DNA of 24,000 nt from Acidimicrobiales bacterium. GTDB taxonomy: Bacteria > Actinomycetota > Acidimicrobiia > Acidimicrobiales > JAHWLA01. This document shows positions 13,923 through 22,519 of the stretch, one piece after another. Both the position numbers and the translations under genes were made by a program. A model generated the notes under the pieces. The model saw only the letters and a list, made by a program, of their open reading frames with translations. It did not search any database and had not been told where the DNA came from. Numbering within the stretch: position 1 is the first letter of the stretch; the number at the start of each line of letters is the position of its first letter. The stretch spans positions 1,489 through 25,488 of the forward strand of contig DATAAM010000223.1 of the NCBI GenBank assembly GCA_036260075.1, read 5' to 3'.

Positions 13923-15094
13923 CCCGCCTGCGCGCCGGCGCCGCCACCGACGTGGGGCGCGTGCGGAAGAACAACGAGGACAGCCTGCTCGTCTCCTCGC
14001 CGCTGTTCGCCGTCGCCGACGGCATGGGCGGCCATGCCGCGGGCGAGGTGGCCTCGAACATCGCGGTCGAGACGTTGGCCCAGCGCTTCGAGGCCGACCA
14101 CAGCGCCAATGGCCTGGCCGAGGCCGTGCGCGCCGCCAACCGTGCGGTGTGGGAGCGGGCACAGGCCGACCACGGCCTTCGCGGCATGGGCACCACGATC
14201 ACGGCCGTGGCGCTGGTGGAGGACGGCGACGACGAGGTGCTGGCCGTCGTCAACGTGGGCGACTCCCGCGCCTACCGCCTCCAGAACGGCGAGCTCGAAC
14301 AGCTCACCGAAGACCACAGCCTCGTCGAGGAGCTGCGCCGCAGCGGCCGCATCACCGACGACGAGGCCCGGTCCCACCCGCAGAAGCACGTCGTGACTCG
14401 CGCGCTCGGCATCGAGCCCGACGTCGACGTCGACTGCTTCCGAGTCCTGCCCTACAAGGGCGACCGCTTCCTCCTGGCCAGCGACGGCCTGTTCGACGAG
14501 GTGGACGACCCCGCCATCGCGTCCACCCTGCGGCGCGTGGCCGATCCCGACGAAGCGGCCCGCACGCTCGTCGACATGGCCAAGTCGGCCGGGGGCTCCG
14601 ACAACATCACCGTGGTGGTCGTCGACGTCACCGACGACGGCGACCGCGCCGCCAAGGCCTCGGCAGCCATCGAGGACGAGGACACACCGGCCGTCGTGCG
14701 GGCGTTGGCCCAGCGGGCCCGCGCCGTGAAGCGGCCCAGGCGGCTCACGCTCCGCGTGGCGCTCTTCGTCAGCGTCGTCCTGCTCGTGCTCCTCGGCGCC
14801 GTGGCCGCCGTGGGCGTGTTCGCCCGAGGCGCCTACTTCGTCGGCCTCGACGGCGACGAGGTGGTGATCTTCCGCGGTCGCCCCGGCGGGCTGCTGTGGT
14901 TCGACCCCACCGTGGAGGTGCGCACCGGCATCCCGGTCGAAGACGTGCCCGCCGCCCGCGTCGACGCCGTCCGGGCGGGCAAGGAGGAGCCCAGCCTGGG
15001 CGCCGCCCGGCGCTACGTCGAGAACCTGCAGGAACAGGCCCCCACGGCCACGACGACGACGTCGTCCACCGCACCCCCCACGTCGGCACCGTGA
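13919..15094 (+). CDS. pstP: PP2C-family Ser/Thr phosphatase with a C-terminal TM segment and extracellular tail
   Basis: GTG start at 13919 overlapping the fhaB stop (GTGA). Motifs: RKNNEDS, VADGMGGHAAGEVAS, GDSRAY, LLASDGL, GGSDNITVVVVD. TM segment: LRVALFVSVVLLVLLGAVAAVGVF. Confidence 0.85.
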   Translation: MTRLRAGAATDVGRVRKNNEDSLLVSSPLFAVADGMGGHAAGEVASNIAVETLAQRFEADHSANGLAEAVRAANRAVWERAQADHGLRGMGTTITAVALVEDGDDEVLAVVNVGDSRAYRLQNGELEQLTEDHSLVEELRRSGRITDDEARSHPQKHVVTRALGIEPDVDVDCFRVLPYKGDRFLLASDGLFDEVDDPAIASTLRRVADPDEAARTLVDMAKSAGGSDNITVVVVDVTDDGDRAAKASAAIEDEDTPAVVRALAQRARAVKRPRRLTLRVALFVSVVLLVLLGAVAAVGVFARGAYFVGLDGDEVVIFRGRPGGLLWFDPTVEVRTGIPVEDVPAARVDAVRAGKEEPSLGAARRYVENLQEQAPTATTTTSSTAPPTSAP

Positions 15095-16392
15095 GGCGCG
15101 CCGCCCGTCGCGACACCGAGCTGGGGCTGCTCGTGATGGTCGCGCTCGTGACGGTGGGCGCCTACGCCCTGGCCAGCCTGGGCAAGAGCGCCTCCCTCCC
15201 GGTCGACATCGGTCCGTTCCTCGCCGTCATCCTCGGCCTCCTCCTGGCCGCCCACGTGGCCGTGCGCAGGCTGGCGCCGGGCGCCGACGCCGTGCTTCTG
15301 CCGCTGGCCGGGCTCCTCAACGGCATCGGCTATGTGTTCATCGCCCGCCTCGACAACGACCTCGCAGGCCTCCAGGCCACGTGGACCGCCCTGTCGGTGG
15401 TCGCGTTCGTCGGCACCCTGGTCGTGGTCCGGCGCGTGCGCGACCTGGAGCCGTACCGCTACACGTTCATGCTCCTGGGCATCGGCCTGCTGCTGCTCCC
15501 GCTGGCGCCCGGCATCGGCCGCGTCATCAACGGGGCCCGCCTGTGGGTGAGCCTCGGTCCGATCACCTTCCAGCCCGGCGAGCTCGCCAAGGTGGCGCTC
15601 GCCGTCTTCTTCGCCGCCTACCTGGTGGAGAAGCGGGAGCTGCTGGCCGAGCTGCGCCTGACCCGAGGCCGCCTCCCCAGCGTGCGCATCATCGGCCCGC
15701 TGCTCCTGGCGTGGGGCTTCTCGCTGCTCGTCATGACTGCCGAGCGCGACCTCGGCTCGTCGCTCCTCTTCTTCGCCCTGTTCATCGGGATGGTGTGGAT
15801 CGCCACCGCCCGGGGCGAGTACCTGGCGCTCGGCGTGGTGCTCTTCGGGCTCGGGGCCACGTTCGCCTACACATCCTTCGGCCACGTGGCTGCCCGCGTG
15901 CAGGTGTGGATCGACCCGTGGTCCCGGGCCGCGGGCGCGGGCTACCAGCTCACGCAGAGCCTGTTCGCGCTCGGCACCGGCGGCTTCGGCGGCACCGGCA
16001 TCGGCCTCGGCAGCCCGGGCCGCATCCCCGCCGCCACCACCGACTTCATCTTCGCCGCGGTCGGAGAAGAGCTCGGCTTCCTCGGCACCGCCGCGATGAT
16101 CACCGCCTACCTGTTGATGGTGGGCGTGGGGCTGCGCATCGCCGTCCGCTCCGACCAGCCGTTCGAGAAGCTGCTCGCGGCCGGGCTCACCACCATCCTC
16201 GGCGTGCAGACGTTCATCATCGTGGGCGGCGTCACCCGCCTGGTCCCGCTGACCGGCATCACGCTGCCGTTCGTGTCCTACGGCGGCTCGTCGCTGGTGG
16301 CCAACTACGTGCTGCTGGCGCTGTTGCTGCGCATCTCCGACGACACCGCCCGCCGGGCCGTCAACCGGGCCACGGCCGAGGCGACGGCCTGA
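15091..16392 (+). CDS. rodA: FtsW/RodA (SEDS-family) peptidoglycan glycosyltransferase
   Basis: GTG at 15091 overlapping the pstP stop. It is a polytopic membrane protein with the SEDS pattern QPGELAKVALAVFFAAYL ... TDFIFAAVGEELGF ... LPFVSYGGSSL. Confidence 0.85.
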   Translation: MRRAARRDTELGLLVMVALVTVGAYALASLGKSASLPVDIGPFLAVILGLLLAAHVAVRRLAPGADAVLLPLAGLLNGIGYVFIARLDNDLAGLQATWTALSVVAFVGTLVVVRRVRDLEPYRYTFMLLGIGLLLLPLAPGIGRVINGARLWVSLGPITFQPGELAKVALAVFFAAYLVEKRELLAELRLTRGRLPSVRIIGPLLLAWGFSLLVMTAERDLGSSLLFFALFIGMVWIATARGEYLALGVVLFGLGATFAYTSFGHVAARVQVWIDPWSRAAGAGYQLTQSLFALGTGGFGGTGIGLGSPGRIPAATTDFIFAAVGEELGFLGTAAMITAYLLMVGVGLRIAVRSDQPFEKLLAAGLTTILGVQTFIIVGGVTRLVPLTGITLPFVSYGGSSLVANYVLLALLLRISDDTARRAVNRATAEATA

Positions 16393-17840
16393 TGGACCCC
16401 CAGATCCGCCGCCTGGGCATCGTGCTGATGGCGCTGTTCGTGGCCCTCTTCATCCAGCTCAACAACATCCAGGTGCTGCAGGCCGACAAGCTGGCCGACG
16501 ACCCCCGCAACACGCGCAACGCCACCCGCGACTTCAGCCGCGACCGGGGCCAGGTCCTCAGCGCCGACGGAGCCGTGCTGGCCCGGTCGGTGCCCACCGA
16601 CGGGCCCTTCGAGCGCCTGCGCCAGTACCCCGAGCACGACCTGTTCGCGCACGTCACCGGGTACTTCTCGTTCACCTTCGGCAGCGACGGCGTGGAGCGC
16701 ACGTACAACAACGTGCTGGCCGGCCGCGACATGGAGATCCGCCGCCTGCGCGACATCCTCACAGACAGGGTGATCGTCAACGACGTCACACTGACGATCA
16801 CCAAGCGCGTGCAGCAGGTCGCCCGCGACGCGCTGGGCGACCGCAAGGGCGCCGTCGTCGCCCTCGACCCGACCACGGGCGCCGTGCTGGCGCTGTGGAG
16901 CTTCCCCTCGTACGACCCCGAACGGCTGTCGGCCCACGACCAGCAGGCGGTGCAGCAGGCCTGGGACGAGCTCACTGCCGACCCCGACCGGCCGATGCTG
17001 CCCCGCACGTACCGGCGGGCCTATCCGCCGGGATCGACCTTCAAGGTGGTCACGTCGGCCGCCGCGCTCGAGCGGGCGCCGGAGCTGGTGACCAAGGACT
17101 ACCCGCGCCTGCGCGCCCTCGACCTGCCGCAGACGAACAAGGACCTGCCCAACTTCGGCGGCTCGACCTGCGGCGGCCCCCTGCCCCAGCTCCTGCGGGT
17201 GTCGTGCAACACGGGATACGCGCAGATGGGCCTCGACCTCGGTGCCGACAAGCTCTCCGGCGAGGCCCACGAGTTCGGCTTCGGGCAGCGGCCGCCGTTC
17301 GACCTGCCCGCGGTGGCGAGGTCGGTCTTCCCGGAGGCGGAGGAGTTCGAGCGCGACCTCCCCGGCCTGGCCCAGTCGGCCATCGGCCAGCAGAACGTGG
17401 CCGCCACCCCGCTCGAGATGGCGCTGGTGGCGGCGGGCGTGGCCAACGGCGGCAAGATCATGAAGCCGCACGTGCTGGCCGACGTGCGCGACAGCGAGGG
17501 CAACGTGGTGCGCACCGCGCAGCCGGGCGAGTGGCTCACGGCCACGTCGCCGGAGGCCGCCGCCGCTCTGCGCGACATGATGGTCGCCGTCGTCAACGGC
17601 GGCACCGCCACCCGGGCCGCCGTGCCCGGCGTGCAGGTGGCGGCCAAGACCGGCACCGCCCAGACCACAGGCGACAACTCCCACGCGTGGATCGTGGCGT
17701 TCGCGCCCGCGGAGGCGCCGCGGGTGGCCGTCGCCGTCATCGTCGAGAGCCAGCCGGGCCTCGGCGACACCGTCACCGGCGGCCGCATCGCCGCCCCGAT
17801 CGCCCGGGCCGTCATCCAAGCGGCACTGGCCGGCCCGTAG
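16392..17840 (+). CDS. pbpA: Class B penicillin-binding protein (transpeptidase)
   Basis: ATG at 16392 overlapping the rodA stop (TGATG). N-terminal TM anchor, then the STFK active-site motif (PGSTFKVV), SCN, and KTGTA. Confidence 0.85.
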   Translation: MDPQIRRLGIVLMALFVALFIQLNNIQVLQADKLADDPRNTRNATRDFSRDRGQVLSADGAVLARSVPTDGPFERLRQYPEHDLFAHVTGYFSFTFGSDGVERTYNNVLAGRDMEIRRLRDILTDRVIVNDVTLTITKRVQQVARDALGDRKGAVVALDPTTGAVLALWSFPSYDPERLSAHDQQAVQQAWDELTADPDRPMLPRTYRRAYPPGSTFKVVTSAAALERAPELVTKDYPRLRALDLPQTNKDLPNFGGSTCGGPLPQLLRVSCNTGYAQMGLDLGADKLSGEAHEFGFGQRPPFDLPAVARSVFPEAEEFERDLPGLAQSAIGQQNVAATPLEMALVAAGVANGGKIMKPHVLADVRDSEGNVVRTAQPGEWLTATSPEAAAALRDMMVAVVNGGTATRAAVPGVQVAAKTGTAQTTGDNSHAWIVAFAPAEAPRVAVAVIVESQPGLGDTVTGGRIAAPIARAVIQAALAGP

Positions 17841-17855
17841 GCTGGTCGGAGGCCC

Positions 17856-19730
17856 ATGGCACAACGCGCGCACGTCTTCAACGGCCGGTACGAGATCGTT
17901 CGACCCATCGCCCGAGGCGGCATGGCCGACGTGTTCCTCGCACGCGACCAGCTCCTCGACCGCCCGGTGGCGCTGAAGGTCCTGTTCCCCGAGCTGTCGG
18001 TCGACCGCTCGTTCGTGGAGCGGTTCCGGCGGGAGGCGCAGGCCGCCGCCAACCTCACGCACCCCAACGTGGTGTCCGTCTACGACTTCGGCGAGGAGGA
18101 CGGCACCAGCTTCATCGTCATGGAGTACATCGACGGCCGCACCCTCACGTCGATCGTCCGGGCCGAGGGACCGCTGCTGGCCGATCGGGCCGCCGCCATC
18201 GGGGCCGACGTGGCCGCCGCGCTGGCCTTCGCCCATCGGCAGGGCGTCGTGCACCGCGACGTGAAGCCGGGCAACGTGCTGATCGACGGGTCGGGCCACG
18301 TGCGCGTCACCGACTTCGGCATCGCCCGCGCCGCCAACACCGAGGAGAACCTGACCCAGGCGGGCGCGGTGATGGGCACGGCGACGTACTTCTCGCCCGA
18401 GCAGGCCCAGGGCCACCGGGTCGACGGGCGGTCCGACGTCTACAGCCTCGGGGTGGTGCTCTACGAGATGGTCACCGGGCACCCGCCCTTCGCCGGCGAC
18501 AACCCTGTCTCCATCGCCTACAAGCACGTGCGGGAGGATCCGCCCCTGCCGCGGTCGGTCAACCCGGCCGTGCCGCCCGCCTTCGAGGCGATCGTCATGC
18601 AGGCGATGGCCAAGGACCCGGCCCTGCGCTACCAGAGCGCCGACGACCTTCGGGCCGACCTGTTGCGGTTCCGCCAGGGTCGCGGCGTCATGGCGGGCCC
18701 GCCCACCCAGTCCGTGGCGGCCACCACCGTGCAACCCTCGGTGGCCGCCGACCGCACCCGCATGGTGAGCGCCACCGAGGTGGCACCCCCGCCCACGTCG
18801 CCCCGCCGCACCGGCGCCTACATCGCCCTGCTGTTCGTCATGCTGGCGGCGCTGGCGGTGCTGCTGTTCCTGCTGGGCCGCACACTGGGCCTGTTCGGCG
18901 GCGACTCGGCCCCGAAGCAGGTCGACGTGCCCAGCGTCATCGGCAAGACGGCCGACGAGGCCGACTCCGTCCTCACCGACCTGGGCCTGGTCGTCGAGCG
19001 CCAGTTCGAGAACAACGAGGCCGACGCCAACGTGGTGTTCGCCCAGGACCCGACGGCGGGCGAGCGGGTCGACACCGGCAGTCGCGTGATCATCAAGGTG
19101 AGCCAGGGCGAGGCGCCCGTGCGCGTGCCCAGCGTGGTGGGCGAGGACGTGGAGGAGGCCGTCGACACCTTGCGGGCCGCGGGCTTCGAGGTGCAGCAGA
19201 CGAGCCAGGCCGACCCGGAGGCGCCCGAGGGGCGCGTGCTGTCGCAGGACCCGCGCGGAGGGCAGGAGGCACCCAAGGCCTCGGTGGTGCGCATCGTGGT
19301 GTCGAGCGGCAAGCCCAAGGTGGCGGTGCCCAACGTGGTCGGGAAGGACGAGACGCCGGCCAAGGACGAGATCCTCAACGCCGGGCTGAAGGTGCGCACC
19401 GTGGAGGAGGCGTCGACCACCGTGGCCGAGGGCAAGGTCATCCGCACCGACCCGCCCGGCGGCACCGAGGTCGACCAAGGCTCGACCGTGACGGTGGTGG
19501 TGTCGTCCGGCGTGGAGCGGCTGGAGGTGCCCGACGTGACCGGCCGCACGCAGGAGGACGCCGTCAACATCCTGCGCAACGCCGGGTTCCAGGTGCAGGT
19601 GCAGACGGAGAACGTGCAGGACGACGCCCAGGACGGCCGGGTGCTGCGCCAGACGCCGACCGGGGGCAGCTCGGCCGACCGGGGCTCGGTGGTCACCATC
19701 ACGGTGGGCCGGAAGCGGGGGAACAGCTAG
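17856..19730 (+). CDS. pknB: Ser/Thr protein kinase PknB with four extracellular PASTA repeats
   Basis: Hanks kinase motifs: GGMADV, VALKVL, HRDVKPGNVL, DFGIA, YFSPEQ. One TM segment (AYIALLFVMLAALAVLLFLLG), then four roughly 65-aa PASTA-like repeats, each starting V(P)xV(I/V)G. Confidence 0.9.
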   Translation: MAQRAHVFNGRYEIVRPIARGGMADVFLARDQLLDRPVALKVLFPELSVDRSFVERFRREAQAAANLTHPNVVSVYDFGEEDGTSFIVMEYIDGRTLTSIVRAEGPLLADRAAAIGADVAAALAFAHRQGVVHRDVKPGNVLIDGSGHVRVTDFGIARAANTEENLTQAGAVMGTATYFSPEQAQGHRVDGRSDVYSLGVVLYEMVTGHPPFAGDNPVSIAYKHVREDPPLPRSVNPAVPPAFEAIVMQAMAKDPALRYQSADDLRADLLRFRQGRGVMAGPPTQSVAATTVQPSVAADRTRMVSATEVAPPPTSPRRTGAYIALLFVMLAALAVLLFLLGRTLGLFGGDSAPKQVDVPSVIGKTADEADSVLTDLGLVVERQFENNEADANVVFAQDPTAGERVDTGSRVIIKVSQGEAPVRVPSVVGEDVEEAVDTLRAAGFEVQQTSQADPEAPEGRVLSQDPRGGQEAPKASVVRIVVSSGKPKVAVPNVVGKDETPAKDEILNAGLKVRTVEEASTTVAEGKVIRTDPPGGTEVDQGSTVTVVVSSGVERLEVPDVTGRTQEDAVNILRNAGFQVQVQTENVQDDAQDGRVLRQTPTGGSSADRGSVVTITVGRKRGNS

Positions 19731-20119
19731 GAGTCGAGGCGGCGGGCGTGCCGGGCGAGCACGGCGGCGCCCGCGAACGTGGCTGCGTGCCCGGTGCCCA
19801 TGTCGGCGATGAGGCGGGCGATCTCGGTGCTGTCGGCGAGCACCCAGCCGTTCACCTCGTAGAACCGGCCCACGGCCCGGCGGGCGATCTCCTCGTTGTC
19901 GAGGGCGAACGGGTGGAACGCCAGCAGCCCCTCGAGCAGCGCGGCAGCCAGCTGGTGGATGTTCGCCTCGAGGGTGCCGGGCTCGGCCTCGGCTGTGCGG
20001 CGCAGCGCCAGGTAGAGCGCCTCGCGGTCGACGTTGTCGACGCGGCCGAGCACATCGTGGGCGACGCGCAACACGTCGGTCGCAGACAAGTAGCGTACGG
20101 GGAAGTGAGCGCCACTCAT
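19727..20119 (-). CDS. Doc/Fic-family protein with a degenerate active-site motif
   Basis: The N-terminus VRYLSATDVLRVAHDVLG is Doc-like. The core FHPFALDNEEIARR aligns with HxFx(D/E)GN(G/K)RxxR but has DNEE in place of GNGR/GNKR. Its stop shares a CTAG tetranucleotide with the pknB stop. Confidence 0.6.
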   Translation of the reverse strand: MSGAHFPVRYLSATDVLRVAHDVLGRVDNVDREALYLALRRTAEAEPGTLEANIHQLAAALLEGLLAFHPFALDNEEIARRAVGRFYEVNGWVLADSTEIARLIADMGTGHAATFAGAAVLARHARRLDS

Positions 20120-20190
20120 TGACTGCGGACATCATGACATCATTCACACACTATGAGTGGTGATGCTCATAGGCAGCTAGGATCTCGCCC

Positions 20191-20421
20191 ATGGCCCTCG
20201 ACGACCACGCGTTCAAGGCGCGGCTCCCCGCCGACGTGTGGAGCGAGCTGCGCACCTACGCCTACCTCTCGAAGCTGAGCGTCAACGAGGTGGTGGTGAA
20301 GGCCGTCCGCTCGTTCCTGGCGCAGGAGGCGACGGCCCCCGAGGTGCGCGCCATGATCGAAGCCGAGGCGGCACGGTTGCGGCGCCTGCTCGAGGAGGAG
20401 GGCCGCGCGGGCGACCGCTAG
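20191..20421 (+). CDS. Ribbon-helix-helix protein (antitoxin-like), divergent from the Doc-like gene
   Basis: [34 protein letters not shown] fits an RHH pattern. It is a paralogue of 8420-8647. Its stop shares CTAG with the trpG stop. Confidence 0.6.
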   Translation: MALDDHAFKARLPADVWSELRTYAYLSKLSVNEVVVKAVRSFLAQEATAPEVRAMIEAEAARLRRLLEEEGRAGDR

Positions 20422-21008
20422 GCCGGCAGCAGGCCGGCGGTGGCGAGGAAGTTGCGCAGGAGCGGCTTGCCCACCGACGTGAGGATCGACTCGGGGTGGA
20501 ACTGGACGCCTTCCACCGGCAGCCCCCGGTGCCGCACCGCCATGATCACGCCGTCGGCGGTGGTCGCCGTGACCTCCAGCTCGTCGGGCACGGACGCGGG
20601 GTCGATCACCAGCGAGTGGTAGCGGGTGGCCTCGAAGGGATCGGGCAGCCCGGCCAGTACGCCGTCGCCCCGGTGGTGCACCGGCGAGGTCTTGCCGTGC
20701 ATGATCTCAGGCGCCCGCACGATGCGAGCGCCGAACACCTGGCCGATGCACTGGTGCCCGAGGCACACGCCGAGCACGGGCACGCCCGCCCGGCCGAAGC
20801 GCTCCACCACCTCGTTGCTGATGCCCGCGTCCTCGGGCCGCCCGGGGCCGGGAGAGACGAGCACGGCGTCGGGCCGCAGCGCCTCCGCCTGGTCGACGGT
20901 GACGGCGTCGTTGCGGTGCACGACGGGCTCGGCGCCCAGCTCGCCCAGGTACTGCACGAGGTTGTAGACGAACGAGTCGTAGTTGTCGACGACGAGCACG
21001 CGGGGCAC
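20418..21008 (-). CDS. trpG: Glutamine amidotransferase, anthranilate/aminodeoxychorismate synthase component II
   Basis: [32 protein letters not shown] (catalytic Cys), FHPES. GTG start at 21008 or 20999; the longer ORF-track start (21089) overlaps the upstream gene. Confidence 0.85.
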   Translation of the reverse strand: MPRVLVVDNYDSFVYNLVQYLGELGAEPVVHRNDAVTVDQAEALRPDAVLVSPGPGRPEDAGISNEVVERFGRAGVPVLGVCLGHQCIGQVFGARIVRAPEIMHGKTSPVHHRGDGVLAGLPDPFEATRYHSLVIDPASVPDELEVTATTADGVIMAVRHRGLPVEGVQFHPESILTSVGKPLLRNFLATAGLLPA

Positions 21009-21018
21009 GGGGTCGAGG

Positions 21019-21723
21019 TTACGAGGACTGCCGCGCGTACTGCAGGTCGATTGCGCCCTTGTAGGCGGGCACCTCCACTGTCGACTCACGGGAGACGGAG
21101 AAGCGCAGCCCGAACGACTCGGCGTCGTCGTGCAGCCGGCGTACGAGCTTGTCGGCCTCGAAGCGGTCGCGGCCCGCGCCCACCGCCACCACTGTGTACG
21201 GCGGCGAGTGCACGGTGCCGTTGAGCAGGAGGGTGTTGCCGACGCAGAGCACGGCGCTGGTGCCCACCAGGCGCTGGCCGTTGATGGCGATCGCCTCGGC
21301 GCCCGCCCGCCACAGCGCGTTGACCACGGCCTGCACGTCCTGGGAGTGGACGACCAAGTCGTTGACGTTGCCGGACGCGGGCTCCTCCTCCTCGGAGTCG
21401 TCGAGGACGACGCGCAGCCCCGGGCCCCGCACCGCCACCAGCCCGGCGGCCAGCGTGGCGTCCCGCAGCTCCTCCTCCCGGGCGCCTGCGCCTTGGAGGA
21501 AGCCGGTTCGAGTGGTGCGCAGCCGGCTCACGCGGTTGCGCAGGTCGGCCACCTCGCTGCGGAGGGCGGCGGCCGTCCGCTGCTCGCGCTCGATGAGATC
21601 CGCGAGCCGGTAGCGCTGGGTCAGGCGGGCCTCGGGGTCGGCGGGCCGGGCGCGCAGGGCCGTGGCGAGGACGAAGCCGATGCCGAGGCAGGCCAGGACG
21701 AGCAGCGTGCGCGACCGTCGCAT
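21019..21723 (-). CDS. DUF881-family membrane protein of the cell-division cluster
   Basis: ATG at 21723 ([20 protein letters not shown], a TM anchor). A coiled-coil region is followed by [11 protein letters not shown]...[31 protein letters not shown], which is typical of DUF881. It is divergent from crgA, as in mycobacteria. Confidence 0.75.
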   Translation of the reverse strand: MRRSRTLLVLACLGIGFVLATALRARPADPEARLTQRYRLADLIEREQRTAAALRSEVADLRNRVSRLRTTRTGFLQGAGAREEELRDATLAAGLVAVRGPGLRVVLDDSEEEEPASGNVNDLVVHSQDVQAVVNALWRAGAEAIAINGQRLVGTSAVLCVGNTLLLNGTVHSPPYTVVAVGAGRDRFEADKLVRRLHDDAESFGLRFSVSRESTVEVPAYKGAIDLQYARQSS

Positions 21724-21738
21724 GGCTATCCTCCCCGC

Positions 21739-22059
21739 ATGCCCATTCTGGGACGACGCTCGAAGGGGGCCGAGGCGGAGGCCGGCGAGGGCAAGGCCAA
21801 GCGGTCCGGCAGCGGCCGCGTGACGCCCAAAGGCACGGCCGGCGGCCGGTACACGCCGCCCACGCCCAAGGAGTACAAGGTCAGCCCGCGCTGGGTGCCC
21901 GTGCTCATGCTGGCGCTGCTGGTGAGCGGGATGCTGGTGATCATCAGCAACTACCTTCCCGACGCGGGCATCCTGCCCGGCGACACCAGCAACATCTGGC
22001 TGCTCGTGGGGCTCGGCCTCATCACCGGCGGCTTCATCACCGCCACCCGCTACCGCTGA
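21739..22059 (+). CDS. crgA: Cell division protein CrgA
   Basis: 106 aa starting at the ATG at 21739. A basic N-terminus (GRVTPKG...YTPPTPK) is followed by two TM helices (WVPVLMLALLVSGMLVII and WLLVGLGLITGGFITA). Confidence 0.8.
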   Translation: MPILGRRSKGAEAEAGEGKAKRSGSGRVTPKGTAGGRYTPPTPKEYKVSPRWVPVLMLALLVSGMLVIISNYLPDAGILPGDTSNIWLLVGLGLITGGFITATRYR

Positions 22060-22066
22060 CCCCTCC

Positions 22067-22115
22067 GTTTTGGGCACGGTTTCCTGCGCTATAGGCAGAA
22101 AAACGTGCCCAAAAC
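22067..22115. terminator. Perfect 12-bp stem hairpin between convergent genes (candidate bidirectional terminator)
   Basis: GTTTTGGGCACG (22067-22078) / CGTGCCCAAAAC (22104-22115) with a partly self-pairing 25-nt loop. It begins 8 nt after the crgA stop. Confidence 0.45.
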
Positions 22116-22185
22116 CGGCCAAGGGGTGGGCGGGAAGTTACAGGGCTGTAACTCTCCCCAGGGTCGTCCACAGGGTGGGGAGAAG

Positions 22186-22431
22186 TCATTCGACGGGGGC
22201 CACCAGCTGCATGTCCTCCATGCAGTGCCGGGGGGCCTCCGGGTCCTCCTCGGGGGCGGCCGTGACGCGCAGCTCGACCCCGCACACGGTGCAGCGGTAG
22301 CGCAGGTTGACCTTGCGCAGCTCGCCAGGCGGCGGCGGGGGCGGCACCGGGCGGGCCAGCGCCCGCAGCACGGCGATCCCCAGCCGCAGGATCACCAGGA
22401 AGAGCAGCACGCTCACGACGACCTTCAGCAC
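22186..22431 (-). CDS. Small membrane protein with a C-terminal Zn-ribbon-like CxxC...HC motif
   Basis: N-terminal TM helix VVVSVLLFLVILRLGIAVL, a proline run, then YRCTVCGVEL...PRHCMEDM. Confidence 0.45.
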   Translation of the reverse strand: MLKVVVSVLLFLVILRLGIAVLRALARPVPPPPPPGELRKVNLRYRCTVCGVELRVTAAPEEDPEAPRHCMEDMQLVAPVE

Positions 22432-22519
22432 CGGCGCCAGGCTAGGCCAGGCCCCGCCGTCCGGCTTTTGTTCCCCGGCAGCGCACTGTGGTGCGCCCCC
22501 GGGGAAACGAACGTCGTGA

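Noticed and set aside
13535-16392. 519-aa and 892-aa merged ORFs (13535..15094 and 13714..16392)
   Set aside because: Only their 3' parts are genes (pstP from the GTG at 13919, rodA from the GTG at 15091). The upstream parts are off-frame readings of fhaB and pstP.
16305-20147. 1280-aa minus-strand ORF, the longest in the track
   Set aside because: It is antisense to pbpA and pknB, which have unmistakable motifs. Its translation is Arg/Gly/His/Pro-rich low-complexity sequence, as expected of high-G+C antisense frames.
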